Assembly: GCA_051294905.1 (NCBI GenBank)
Contig: CM119371.1
Span: 27,282,001-27,346,000 of the forward strand
DNA length: 64,000 bases
Source of the DNA: Botryllus schlosseri
Lineage: Eukaryota
Direction of reading: 5' to 3'
The notes under the pieces are model-generated. The model ran no database searches and was not told where the DNA came from. It was given only the letters and a program-made list of their open reading frames with translations. Positions 53,134-62,378 of this stretch are shown here, piece after piece (positions within the stretch are counted from its first letter, which is position 1; every line of letters starts with the position of its first letter). The position numbers and the translations under genes were made by a program.

Positions 53134-54494
53134 CAGGGGTTCTCAACTTCCCATGTATAACAGACCGCATTTTAGCAGCAAAAGACGCCGCGGGCCGCAG
53201 ATTTTTATTACCATGTATTTGTTGGCTACTATTAAATTTAAGCTACTGTAGCCTATATTTGCTAGTCGTATACGGGCGTTTAGTATATTGTTATGAATTC
53301 TATGGCAATAATGGACAGCTTTCGTAAGTTCGCAGTTGCTGTTTTATGTGAGAATGTGTTTCTCCCAGCGGCGCATTATGGTAACTTCTTCGTTACTTAG
53401 AGGCCAATATCACTTTGAGCTCTCAGTGATAAGAGAAGTCTGGCGTTTCAGGGTCAGCAATAGTTACTGAAGTCAGCTTTGTCAAGTCGATGTTTTTCGC
53501 TGGTCAATATTCCCTATAATTTTTCACGAGTCTGCGCGCACTCACCAACTCACTGCACGGTCTGTTGCACAGCAGTGCATAAGGACTAAATACAAAAAGG
53601 TCATCACTTCGGATTTTTGTGCGCAGCTCAAATTTTCTGTGCGCAGCGACTGTGTCAGCACTGCGCAATTGCGCACGTGCGAAGCTTAGAGGAAACCCAT
53701 CCCCACGTTTGCCTTGCCAACATTTCCTCTGTAAACATGTCCACTCTGATAAAATGCACCCAGATAATTAGCTATGCAACGTCTGTGGAATCGATGGATT
53801 CGTCCAATGCTAGGCTAATATGGTCTACGCGGCGACGTGTAATAAGAGATCGACTGACATTGCTGCTACTCTTTTGATCACGGTTGCCTCATACAACCGT
53901 AGCTTTGAAATTTGTCATGTGATGGTATCATTGATGCTAAGTTGTGGAAACGGCGAATATTCGCACAGTATGTTATATTTTTTTTTTGGAATTACGCCTT
54001 CTCTAGCAGATTGCCTTGGTTTAGCGATATTACAACGAGTCTGTAACGTCGTCGGCAATTTTAACAATGCCTCGAAATATGGATTGTTCGGCTTGAGACA
54101 TAGCTAGCAACGTTTTTCAAGATCAGGCGATATGCATAACTCCGAAAGAAACATTCGGTACATCATTTTAAGCTTCTACCCTTTGTTACGACAATTGTTC
54201 TTCGACAAATATGACAAATCGGATTTCCATTTGTATCGGAGAAAGTAAAATAATTTTTTCACGCAGTGTGTTACAAACACAGTTGTCGCCGTTTAATTTC
54301 CCGTTCCTTTTTCTTGCTTCTGTTCAAACCATTCTCAGTGAGTGAAACACTCTTCAAAAGTGTACTGGAAACGCAGCGGGATTCTCAACCCGAGTCCAAA
54401 GAAGAATGCCAATTTAAAAAAATATAAACTCGAGAATATCTCAAGAAACCATAACACATCAAAGAATGAGTATTCAAACGACAATAGAGACGGT
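53134..54494 (-). pseudogene. Degenerate Buster/Charlie-type hAT transposon (GTF2IRD2/EPM2AIP1-like transposase relic), apparently interrupted by the Polinton
   Basis: TIR-like CAGGGGTTCTCAAC at 53134; minus-strand ISLALDESIDSTDVA*LIIWVHFI (53820-53748; cf. SLALDESTD..D.AQL) and YFTFSDTNGNPICHICRR zinc finger (~54250-54200); no partner TIR before 54495. Confidence 0.8.
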
Positions 54495-54652
54495 AGTAGT
54501 GTAATTGTGGTCCCGTGATTCGTAAAATACCGGAAACAAGAATGTTGCATTTCGGAAGTCAGAAACGGTGCATTTTGAGCTAGCTAGTGGTCGAAAATCG
54601 GCCTATGGAGCTTCGAAAAAGCGTCATTGTGCGCTTCCCGCGATCGATTTTG

Positions 54653-54915
54653 AAAACAGGTGTTTTAATGCGAAGTGACCTACATATTCTGCGGAGACAA
54701 ATGACTATGGTATCCTGTCCACTGAAATCACTACGCGAATTGCTTCCCGTGGAACAGGTTGGACTAGAAGCAATCCGTGAGCGTAAAACAGGTGTTTTAA
54801 TGCGAAGTGACCTACATATTCTGCGGAGACAAATGACTATGGTATCCTGTCCACTGAAATCACTACGCGAATTGCTCCCCGTGGAACAGGTTGTCGAAAA
54901 GCAATCGTGAGCGTA
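54653..54915 (+). repeat. 2 x 132-bp subterminal tandem repeat of the Polinton
   Basis: AAAACAGGTGTTTTAATGCG... at 54653 and 54785, nearly identical over the first ~108 bp. Confidence 0.95.
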
Positions 54916-55045
54916 CACAATCCGTAGCAAATACAACCGCTCAGGGCAAAACTGGCTCACTGTGTTAAGTATATCACGAATCACATATGACACGAAAATA
55001 TGCATCAACCATTGTGTATTGTGAAACAGTAGACACACATACATA

Positions 55046-55642
55046 TCATTCTTGTAACTCTAGAATTCGAGTTAACTGGTCAATCTTTAATCTTCCATCC
55101 TGATTTTTGACGCGCGTTAGTGCATACTTTCTCCCTTTTTTTAAACCAGGCGAGGTCCATTGATCGAGTTTGACAGTTCCGGTGTCATCGCTTAACGTAA
55201 AACTATGTAGTTTGAGGTCTTCGCCATTGACGGGGATGGATTTTTCCTCATGGTCGGTACATATCGCATTGATTGAAATATATTTTTCGCTGCCTATATT
55301 GTTACAGCTTACAACGGCGTATTCGTCTGGGGTGTGTTTTGATCTGCCATGAATAGTAACAGACGAACTGCGACCGAGTAGCAAAGTAGGTTCCCCTGAA
55401 AACTTATCGAGTCGAGCCCAGGCTGTTTTGATGAGTACTCGCTTCCGTTTCCTAAAAGCTTTTTCGATGGCTTTGAACAGTTCTTGGTTGAAACAAGTGA
55501 AGGGTATAGTATTGTTCTCGTTGTCTATAAATACACCTTTCAGGTAACTACTAACGAGCCCCTTTTTCGGGGAGGAAACAAACTTTACTGCAAGCCGCAG
55601 GTCCGATGATTTTCCAATGGCCAATCCTTGTATACTCTCCAT
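55046..55642 (-). CDS. Putative tandem OB-fold (RPA-like) ssDNA-binding protein, 198 aa
   Basis: FTLSDDTGTVKLDQW matches the OB-fold L-x-D-x-T-G-x-I-x-L-x-x-W motif; N-half has analogous FIDNENNTIPFTCF; TATAAAA ~45 nt upstream. Confidence 0.7.
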   Translation of the reverse strand: MESIQGLAIGKSSDLRLAVKFVSSPKKGLVSSYLKGVFIDNENNTIPFTCFNQELFKAIEKAFRKRKRVLIKTAWARLDKFSGEPTLLLGRSSSVTIHGRSKHTPDEYAVVSCNNIGSEKYISINAICTDHEEKSIPVNGEDLKLHSFTLSDDTGTVKLDQWTSPGLKKGRKYALTRVKNQDGRLKIDQLTRILELQE

Positions 55643-55686
55643 TGCTATGATGTCCAGATAATGATCATTGTCGCGGGTTACTCGTA

Positions 55687-55709
55687 TTTTATAGACCTAG
55701 TCACGTGAC
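55687..55709 (-). promoter_or_regulatory. Candidate promoter of the OB-fold gene: palindromic E-box GTCACGTGAC and TATAAAA
   Basis: GTCACGTGAC at 55700-55709; minus-strand TATAAAA at 55693-55687. Confidence 0.5.
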
Positions 55710-56170
55710 CATAAACGCGTAGTTACTCGGTTTAGAAGTTTGATGAATCGCCTGAACAGACTTGGTTTGAAATAATCCTTGCAGGAATTCTGTAAATAAA
55801 ATCATAGTGATAGTTTTATGATTGTGTAGTCTGAAATTCAGCATACCCAATCATTTGTCAGTGAGATAAAGTGTGTATTCAAGAATTTCGATGATACATC
55901 TGTGTACAATGAGATAGTATGAACATCACTTTTCATAGCTGCGATCGCTACAATGCACATAACACCATTCCAGTCCACACCGTACCCCAGAATCGCGTTG
56001 GTTAATGATGTGAAATCACATTTTTCGATGCTCTCAACAATTTGATCAGATATGTATAAATCAACGATATCGTGAACCAACTGTTCTGTTTCGCTCAAAT
56101 CAGGGACAGGTAAATGGTGATGGTGAAGTAGATAATTTTCTATAATCACTCGGGTATAAGTTGAGTCCAT
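55701..56170 (-). CDS. Putative viral Bcl-2-like protein, predicted two exons (56170-55847, 55790-55701), 137 aa
   Basis: BH4-like TRVIIENYL, BH1-like ILGYGVDWNGVMCIVAIA, BH2-like FISLTNDW|NSCKDYF after removing a 56-nt GTATGC...TTTTATTTACAG intron. Confidence 0.6.
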
Positions 56171-56298
56171 ATTGTGTAGTTACTGACAATAAAAACTGTG
56201 AAAATTCCGGTAATTAAGTGATCGTACATCGGAAATTAGAATGAATAAAAGGTTGTTATAATAAACAGAGTAACACGATATGAAATAGGAAGAAGGTG

Positions 56299-56336
56299 CG
56301 CGTGGCGGGAAAGAGGAAGTAGTTCTGAATAAATAG
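56299..56336. promoter_or_regulatory. Candidate bidirectional promoter: E2F-type GGCGGGAAA, ETS-type GAGGAAGT, TATA-like AATAAATA
   Basis: Motifs at 56304-56312, 56313-56320 and ~56328, between divergent ATGs at 56170 and 56422. Confidence 0.4.
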
Positions 56337-56421
56337 GTCCTCAGTAAACTGGTAAATCCCACTCGCTCATACCGAATATCATCCGTTGATCAGTATACCT
56401 CGATTTTAATTTGTGTTAATC

Positions 56422-57309
56422 ATGGCCCAGGCTCAGTTGAACAGATTTAATACCCTCGGGTATGAACCTAATTCTTTTGAACTACAATTTGAAGAGGATG
56501 CAGATATTTTGGAGGCCCTCCTACCCGAAGACCTCGTTGCTTCAACGACAGAGGTCGTTGAGTGTGATTCCACGACCCCTATCGAAAACCAACCGCCTCA
56601 CCGTGACATCACATTACAGGCATGGCTGGAATCGCGTGGTTCGAACCAAGTTGCGGTTGACAACCCGACAACCTCGGGTTCGAACTTACCCCTTCCAGAT
56701 GAACCGACAACTTCAGCTGTGTTACCAGTTGAGAAACCGTCAACTCCTCGTAAGATTTTTCCAAAATCTAGAGTTCGATCCGCGGTACCATCTGACAAAC
56801 CGACGACCTCTCGAAGGTTATTTTCTGGCCTACCAAAACCACAGATCCCAATCGAGAAACCATCAAGTTCTAGAAAGCGAGATGTACCCACAACCTCGCA
56901 ACAAACCAGTGCACCTCCGTGTAAAAAGATATGTCTCTCTAAATCGAAACAAAAAACTTTGGTTCTTAACCAGGAGAAACTCAGCGAGGGTGAAGATCGG
57001 CCGAAGACATCGCGAGGGAGACGACAAGAGGAGAAGATATGTCTGTACACCGCCAACAAAATTCGAGACCATCTCAAGACTCTTGAAGTGGTCAGACCAC
57101 ACCTAGGCGTGATTCTAGGTTTAATTGATTCCCTTACAGAAAAGAAGAAACCTTCCCTACAGAAAATCATTCTTGAAATAAAAAAGCTATTGGCTTCGGC
57201 TATTGAACGCAGTGATCTTGATCAGATTCAAAACCAACTGAACGATGCAACCAACCAATTCCTGAACCAGCTCTTAACAATTAGAACCACCTTGAAATAT
57301 AATTTGTGA
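56422..57309 (+). CDS. Polinton accessory protein (~295 aa): acidic N-terminus, disordered P/S/T-rich middle, basic NLS-like segment, helical C-terminus
   Basis: Long open frame, first ATG at 56422; repeated PTTS/PSSS/PKTS; PPCKK; leucine-periodic C-terminus. Confidence 0.8.
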   Translation: MAQAQLNRFNTLGYEPNSFELQFEEDADILEALLPEDLVASTTEVVECDSTTPIENQPPHRDITLQAWLESRGSNQVAVDNPTTSGSNLPLPDEPTTSAVLPVEKPSTPRKIFPKSRVRSAVPSDKPTTSRRLFSGLPKPQIPIEKPSSSRKRDVPTTSQQTSAPPCKKICLSKSKQKTLVLNQEKLSEGEDRPKTSRGRRQEEKICLYTANKIRDHLKTLEVVRPHLGVILGLIDSLTEKKKPSLQKIILEIKKLLASAIERSDLDQIQNQLNDATNQFLNQLLTIRTTLKYNL

Positions 57310-57520
57310 TTCAGTGTAATGTATTTATTGTGTGAATGTGAATGTTCATGTGATGTGTATGAAATTACAGATAATAGGCTTACAAACGATCTTAAATCGT
57401 GAACACTAGATGGTGCTCGCACTAGATTAATCTCGACGCAGCCAAATCGGTCTTTTCCACCTGGACGCCGCAGCGAGAGGATGTGAAATCTGCGCTCGTG
57501 AATATATTACCAATCCACGT

Positions 57521-57817
57521 GTAAGTATACACTGATCTTATTCAATAAACCAAAAGTTTGTGTTAACGTGATGTTTTCTTGCTTCATCGAAACAGAGAAA
57601 GAGAAGAATCAACCCCAATCATCGAACTTATTGCATCGGTGAGTTCTCTGTTTTTACTACCTTAAGTTGGTGAACATAATTTTGAGGAAGGTTGTTTCTT
57701 TGCTTACCAGGTGAAAAAGAACTCAAGATTTCAAGAGAAAAAATATAAGTAAGTATTACTATCTCGTTGATTACTAGAATACAGAGTGTGAAATTGAAAT
57801 CGAATTCAATGTTACAG
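57521..57817 (+). other. Three predicted short introns (57521-57595, 57639-57710, 57749-57817) upstream of polB
   Basis: Donors GTAAGT, GTGAGT, GTAAGT alternate with CAG acceptors at 75/72/69-nt spacing; last acceptor abuts the ATG at 57818. Confidence 0.6.
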
Positions 57818-60800
57818 ATGAGCCGTCGCAGAAGACACCGTATCCGTGAGGAAGATGAATTTCCACCAGATATTGGTGATGAACGTCAAGAAATTTTAAC
57901 ACAGAACTGGCAAGCCATAAAATCGTATGTAGCAAACATAGGCAGATCTCGAGTGGTGTACAATATTCGGATTATAAATCGTCAACTCTTGGCTGTTCGC
58001 GAGGACATTGAAGCGATATTCTTCTCTGAATCATATAGATTTAAAGTCAACTATTCATATGGCTGTATCCTATACCACACCGAGACTCTGAGATATCGTT
58101 ATTTTCATGCATCGTCAAATATCGATCGTGTTCTGGATATGCCATTGGCTATTTCGTCATTGATACAGTTTGAAAAATTTGTAGAATCCATTAAATTGGA
58201 AACTGCATTTGATGTATTGCGTAAAGCCCGACCTGATACTAAATCACAACCTGTTTGTCTAACAAATATACAGTTTTACATATTCCCTAGTGATCGGTTA
58301 TTGATAGGGTGTGCTGATGTTAAACTTCCTCTGTGGCTTACAAAATCGAAATGTGTCTTGACACTACTTTACGATAAAAATCGTAATCGGTATAATGATA
58401 ATCTGTGTGTATTTCGTTGCATTGGACACTCACTCGATCGTGATGCGAAATCACTGGCTCAACAGTATACCCAGGTTTATGGTGTGAACGTTGTTGGTGG
58501 TGTAACTTTTGAGATGTTACCTGACATCGAGACATTGTTTGATGTAGCTATATCTGTCTATCGTAAGACCGATGGTAAAGCTATTGCTGTCCGACGTAGT
58601 ACTTATGTAGCCACTCCTGTTTATTTACACCTCGAAAATTCTCATGCTTGCTTGATAACTCAGATCAATCGATACCTCGAAAGCTATCATTGTGAATCTT
58701 GTGGAAAATTTTTCGATATTGCAACCCATCTGACCAGGCACAACTGCATCACTGAACCTGTCGAGATATTTCCCGGCGGGATATATAGACCACCTTTGAC
58801 GGTATTTGAACGAATGGAGATTGAAGGCATAATTGTCCCAAATCATTTACGTTTTTTCAAATATCGGATTGCCTTCGATATCGAGAGTATGTTTCAACAA
58901 TGTGATTTTGATCCCTCAGCTAAAACGACTTACGAGTGGAAGCATATTCCAATTTCCGTTAGTATATCATCAAATGTAGACGGGTATTTGGAACCACAAG
59001 TAATTGTTTCGAATGGTGACCCAATTCAGTTGTGTGAAGAGATGGTAGAGATTTTTCATACAATTCAGAGTCGATCCTTCAGTCTGTTGCTAGTTGAATA
59101 CCGTCAATATCTCGATTTGTTTGAATCTAAAATCACAGAGATGAAAGTATTAGACCCCTCGGACAAGCCTTTACCATTGGAACGTTTACAAGATGAATTC
59201 ATGTGCTATCTAAGGCAAATACCAGTTATATCTTTTAATGGTGGTAGATACGATTTGAACTGTCTTAAGGTATACTTGCTGCGTTTTTTCGTTGATGAAA
59301 ACTTGAATGTTTTGAAGCGTGGTAACACATTTCTCTCGCTAACTACGAACAGGCTTCGTTTCCTCGATATCGTCAATTACTTGGCACCTGGTTTTTCTTA
59401 TGAAAAATATCTGAAAGCGTTCAAATGTAGTGGTGGAAAGGGTCATTTTCCATATGAATTTCTGACTAGTATTGAACTGTTAGATTACCCTATGCTCCCG
59501 AATCATCAGTCATTTTATAGCTCGATAAAACGTTGTAATATATCGAAAGCTGATTATGAAAACTGCCTCAAGGTTTGGAATGATCATAATATGACATCGC
59601 TTCGTGACTATCTAAAATGGTACAATGCAATTGACACACACTACTTCATTGAAGGCCTAGAAAAGCAATTCGACTCTTTCAAGTCTCAATTTAATGTGGA
59701 TATATTTAAAGAAGCTGTCTCGCTGCCGGGTGTGGTTTCGAGGCATATATTCAATTCCATTCCAAGGTACTTTACCTTGTTCAGTGAAAAGCATAAAGAT
59801 CTAGCTTTACTTTTTCGTGAAAATCTTGTCGGTGGCCCCTCAATCATCTTTAATCGGTATCAAAAAAGGGGGGAAACTCGCATAAAACAACTTTTCTATG
59901 GTAAAGATGCGGAAATAACACAGTATATAACAGGTATGGACTGCAATTCGATGTACTTGAAAGCAGTATCGATTGCGTCACCCGCAGGCTATCCCATTCA
60001 TTGGAAAAGCCTTGATAACGAGTGTTCTAAATTTAAACCGGTTAAGACTGCTCCTACCTTTGGTCATAAAGCACATGAATGGATACAGTACTATTCTCAT
60101 GTTCATGGTGTACATGTCCACCATGCTTTCAACGGGTCTGAAGTAAGAATAGGATCCAAGGGGTACCCTGCAGATGGCTTCTACCGTGACTCATCAGGTC
60201 GAGGCGTTGTGTTATCATTTCTGGGATGTTTCTACCATTCTCACAGTAAATGCCGCTTTTCGTATGACGACCCGACGCGTCGAGAACGAACAGAACGTGT
60301 ACATTCATATTACAGAAGCCTAGGGCATCGTGTTATCACGATGTGGGAATGTCACTGGGATATCTCTAAACGTGAAAACTCCGAAATCACTCAATTTATA
60401 AACAGTGTTCGACCTCGATTGATTCGCAACAAGTCACTAACAGCTCATAAGTTGATTGAAATGGTGTTAGATGGAACGTTCTTTGGGGCTTTACTGGTTG
60501 ATATTTACACTCCTTCCCATTTGAAAAGATATTTTTCTGAACTGTGTCCAATATTCAAAAACACCCTTGTCTCACGTAACGACTTGAAAGGTCACATGAA
60601 GCAATTTGCTATTGATCACAACCTATTACCAACACCAACACGTATGTTGGTTGCATCGTACTATGGCCAGAGAATTCTTTTGTCATCGACATTGATAAAA
60701 TGGTATATAGAACATGGTCTAATTGTTTCACGGGTATACGAGGCAATTGAGTTTACAAAATCAACTTGTTTTGACGGTTTCGCAAAAACTGTCTCTGACG

Positions 60801-61669
60801 CGAGACGCCTAGGGGACCGCGACCAAGACAAGGAAATTATTGCCTTGACTCATAAGCTTTCTGGGAATGTGATATATGGGAAGATGATAATGAACCCCCT
60901 CAAATTTAAACGAACCAGTTTTTGTGATAAAAGTCAATTGCGGAGAAATGTCAATGATCCGTTTTTTGTGAATGTAGAAGACTTGAGCTCCAATTTATAC
61001 GAAGTAACCAAAAGGCCTAAAAAAATAAAATGGAATACTTGCATTCACGTCGGATGGTTCGTCTATCAATACGCGAAGGAGCAATTACTATCGTTTTTTT
61101 ACGACTGTCTCTGTGCGTACTTTGATGACAGGAAATGGACTTCCTTAATGTGCGATACTGACTCGATCTACGTCGGGCATTCAGCTTCTTTCGATGATAT
61201 GCTAATCCCAGAAAAAAGATCTGAATTTTATCTGAATTACGAAAAATGGTTCCCACGCTATTTTTGTGACCAACATAGAAATGAGTTCCTGTCCAACCCA
61301 ACCTCATTCGATCGAACGAGACAATGTTGTAAAGATGTCTATGCATACTTTCTACGGGAACCAGGTTTGTTCAAGGTCGAATACGAGGATGGCACTGCAT
61401 TTTGTGGTCTCCAGTCGAAAAATTACTTTTGTGATGGTCCAAAACAAAAGTATGCCTCGAAAGGTCTTCAGAAATCTGGTCAAGTAAATTTTGAAGCATT
61501 CCTTGAAGTATTGACATCTCAAAAACCTATGGGGGGTCATAATAGAGGTTTCAGAGTTCATAATAATGGTATTTACACGTACCAGCAGCATCGCGATACC
61601 TTGTCTTATTTTTACGCCAAGCGTCATGTTCTGGACGATGGCGTCACCACTATTCCGTTGAATGTGTAA
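57818..61669 (+). CDS. polB: Protein-primed family B DNA polymerase (N-terminal/terminal-protein region, vOTU-like domain, Zn finger, 3'-5' exonuclease, Vsr-like insert, polymerase)
   Basis: Exo motifs FDIE, FNGGRYD, KGHFPY, YNAID; GGPS, DCNSMY, KLSGNVIYGK, DTDS; frame open from 57767, likely start ATG 57818 (alternative 57809). Confidence 0.97.
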   Translation: MSRRRRHRIREEDEFPPDIGDERQEILTQNWQAIKSYVANIGRSRVVYNIRIINRQLLAVREDIEAIFFSESYRFKVNYSYGCILYHTETLRYRYFHASSNIDRVLDMPLAISSLIQFEKFVESIKLETAFDVLRKARPDTKSQPVCLTNIQFYIFPSDRLLIGCADVKLPLWLTKSKCVLTLLYDKNRNRYNDNLCVFRCIGHSLDRDAKSLAQQYTQVYGVNVVGGVTFEMLPDIETLFDVAISVYRKTDGKAIAVRRSTYVATPVYLHLENSHACLITQINRYLESYHCESCGKFFDIATHLTRHNCITEPVEIFPGGIYRPPLTVFERMEIEGIIVPNHLRFFKYRIAFDIESMFQQCDFDPSAKTTYEWKHIPISVSISSNVDGYLEPQVIVSNGDPIQLCEEMVEIFHTIQSRSFSLLLVEYRQYLDLFESKITEMKVLDPSDKPLPLERLQDEFMCYLRQIPVISFNGGRYDLNCLKVYLLRFFVDENLNVLKRGNTFLSLTTNRLRFLDIVNYLAPGFSYEKYLKAFKCSGGKGHFPYEFLTSIELLDYPMLPNHQSFYSSIKRCNISKADYENCLKVWNDHNMTSLRDYLKWYNAIDTHYFIEGLEKQFDSFKSQFNVDIFKEAVSLPGVVSRHIFNSIPRYFTLFSEKHKDLALLFRENLVGGPSIIFNRYQKRGETRIKQLFYGKDAEITQYITGMDCNSMYLKAVSIASPAGYPIHWKSLDNECSKFKPVKTAPTFGHKAHEWIQYYSHVHGVHVHHAFNGSEVRIGSKGYPADGFYRDSSGRGVVLSFLGCFYHSHSKCRFSYDDPTRRERTERVHSYYRSLGHRVITMWECHWDISKRENSEITQFINSVRPRLIRNKSLTAHKLIEMVLDGTFFGALLVDIYTPSHLKRYFSELCPIFKNTLVSRNDLKGHMKQFAIDHNLLPTPTRMLVASYYGQRILLSSTLIKWYIEHGLIVSRVYEAIEFTKSTCFDGFAKTVSDARRLGDRDQDKEIIALTHKLSGNVIYGKMIMNPLKFKRTSFCDKSQLRRNVNDPFFVNVEDLSSNLYEVTKRPKKIKWNTCIHVGWFVYQYAKEQLLSFFYDCLCAYFDDRKWTSLMCDTDSIYVGHSASFDDMLIPEKRSEFYLNYEKWFPRYFCDQHRNEFLSNPTSFDRTRQCCKDVYAYFLREPGLFKVEYEDGTAFCGLQSKNYFCDGPKQKYASKGLQKSGQVNFEAFLEVLTSQKPMGGHNRGFRVHNNGIYTYQQHRDTLSYFYAKRHVLDDGVTTIPLNV

Positions 61670-61718
61670 TGTGGTTGCTTTTGTATATTTCTGATCATGT
61701 TTTTTCTTGTTTTCTCAG

Positions 61719-62261
61719 ATGAATAGTGCAAGTTCTTTCATCAAATCTGTTTTAATAGAGTTAGATCTGGATACTTTGCATAAGCAAACCATTGGCTTGG
61801 AACAGGATTTAACGCAACACTCTATTGTCGGGACCCAGGACGAACCACTCACCGGTACGATATCCGACCGTCATTACAGAGAGCGCCTGAATCAGCTCGA
61901 GCAAAGATGGAACTCTATTCGTGAAATATGCATGGAAGCACTACTACAACTCCGATTCCCAGACCGCAAGCTACCGAGTGATCACCAAGACATTTTCAAT
62001 CGAGCCAAGCTGACGAATTATGTCGTTTTGGGTAAAACCAGGACTTGGATCCCACTTTTCGATAGGGAGGAAAAAAGAGCCAACTTCAAGAATTGTATGC
62101 GTGGACGTTCGTTGCAGTTCTTTCTCGACGACCATCGTGCCGCCAACTCTCGAAAACGATCTCATTCAGATTCGGAAAGCAGTGATGCTGGAACACAACC
62201 TTCTGAATTGAGAAATGATGGCTTCCCCGATAACTATAACTGTGCCGATCCCAATTTGTGA
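61719..62261 (+). CDS. Polinton hypothetical protein A (180 aa), paralog of the next gene
   Basis: ATG directly follows TTTTTCTTGTTTTCTCAG; aligns with the spliced product of 62379-62842. Confidence 0.8.
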   Translation: MNSASSFIKSVLIELDLDTLHKQTIGLEQDLTQHSIVGTQDEPLTGTISDRHYRERLNQLEQRWNSIREICMEALLQLRFPDRKLPSDHQDIFNRAKLTNYVVLGKTRTWIPLFDREEKRANFKNCMRGRSLQFFLDDHRAANSRKRSHSDSESSDAGTQPSELRNDGFPDNYNCADPNL

Positions 62262-62378
62262 TATTTTGCTGTTTAGTGATAATGCTTATCAATTTTAAGT
62301 GTTCAAATGTAATATCTGATCGGGTTAAAGACCAGTTTTGTGCTCGGATGGTTAATGTATTTGTGTTTTGTTTTACAG

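Noticed and set aside
54580..55044. 154-aa and 107-aa ORFs with internal repeats
   Set aside because: Explained by the 132-bp (multiple of 3) tandem repeat in the terminal region; no coding features
56462..57170. Overlapping 214-aa (+) and 190-aa (-) ORFs
   Set aside because: Probably shadows of the P/S/T-rich 295-aa gene; an overprinted gene cannot be excluded without conservation data
57767..57817. TTG start for pPolB given by the ORF track
   Set aside because: Non-ATG start in a eukaryotic context and lies inside a predicted intron; ATG 57818 preferred
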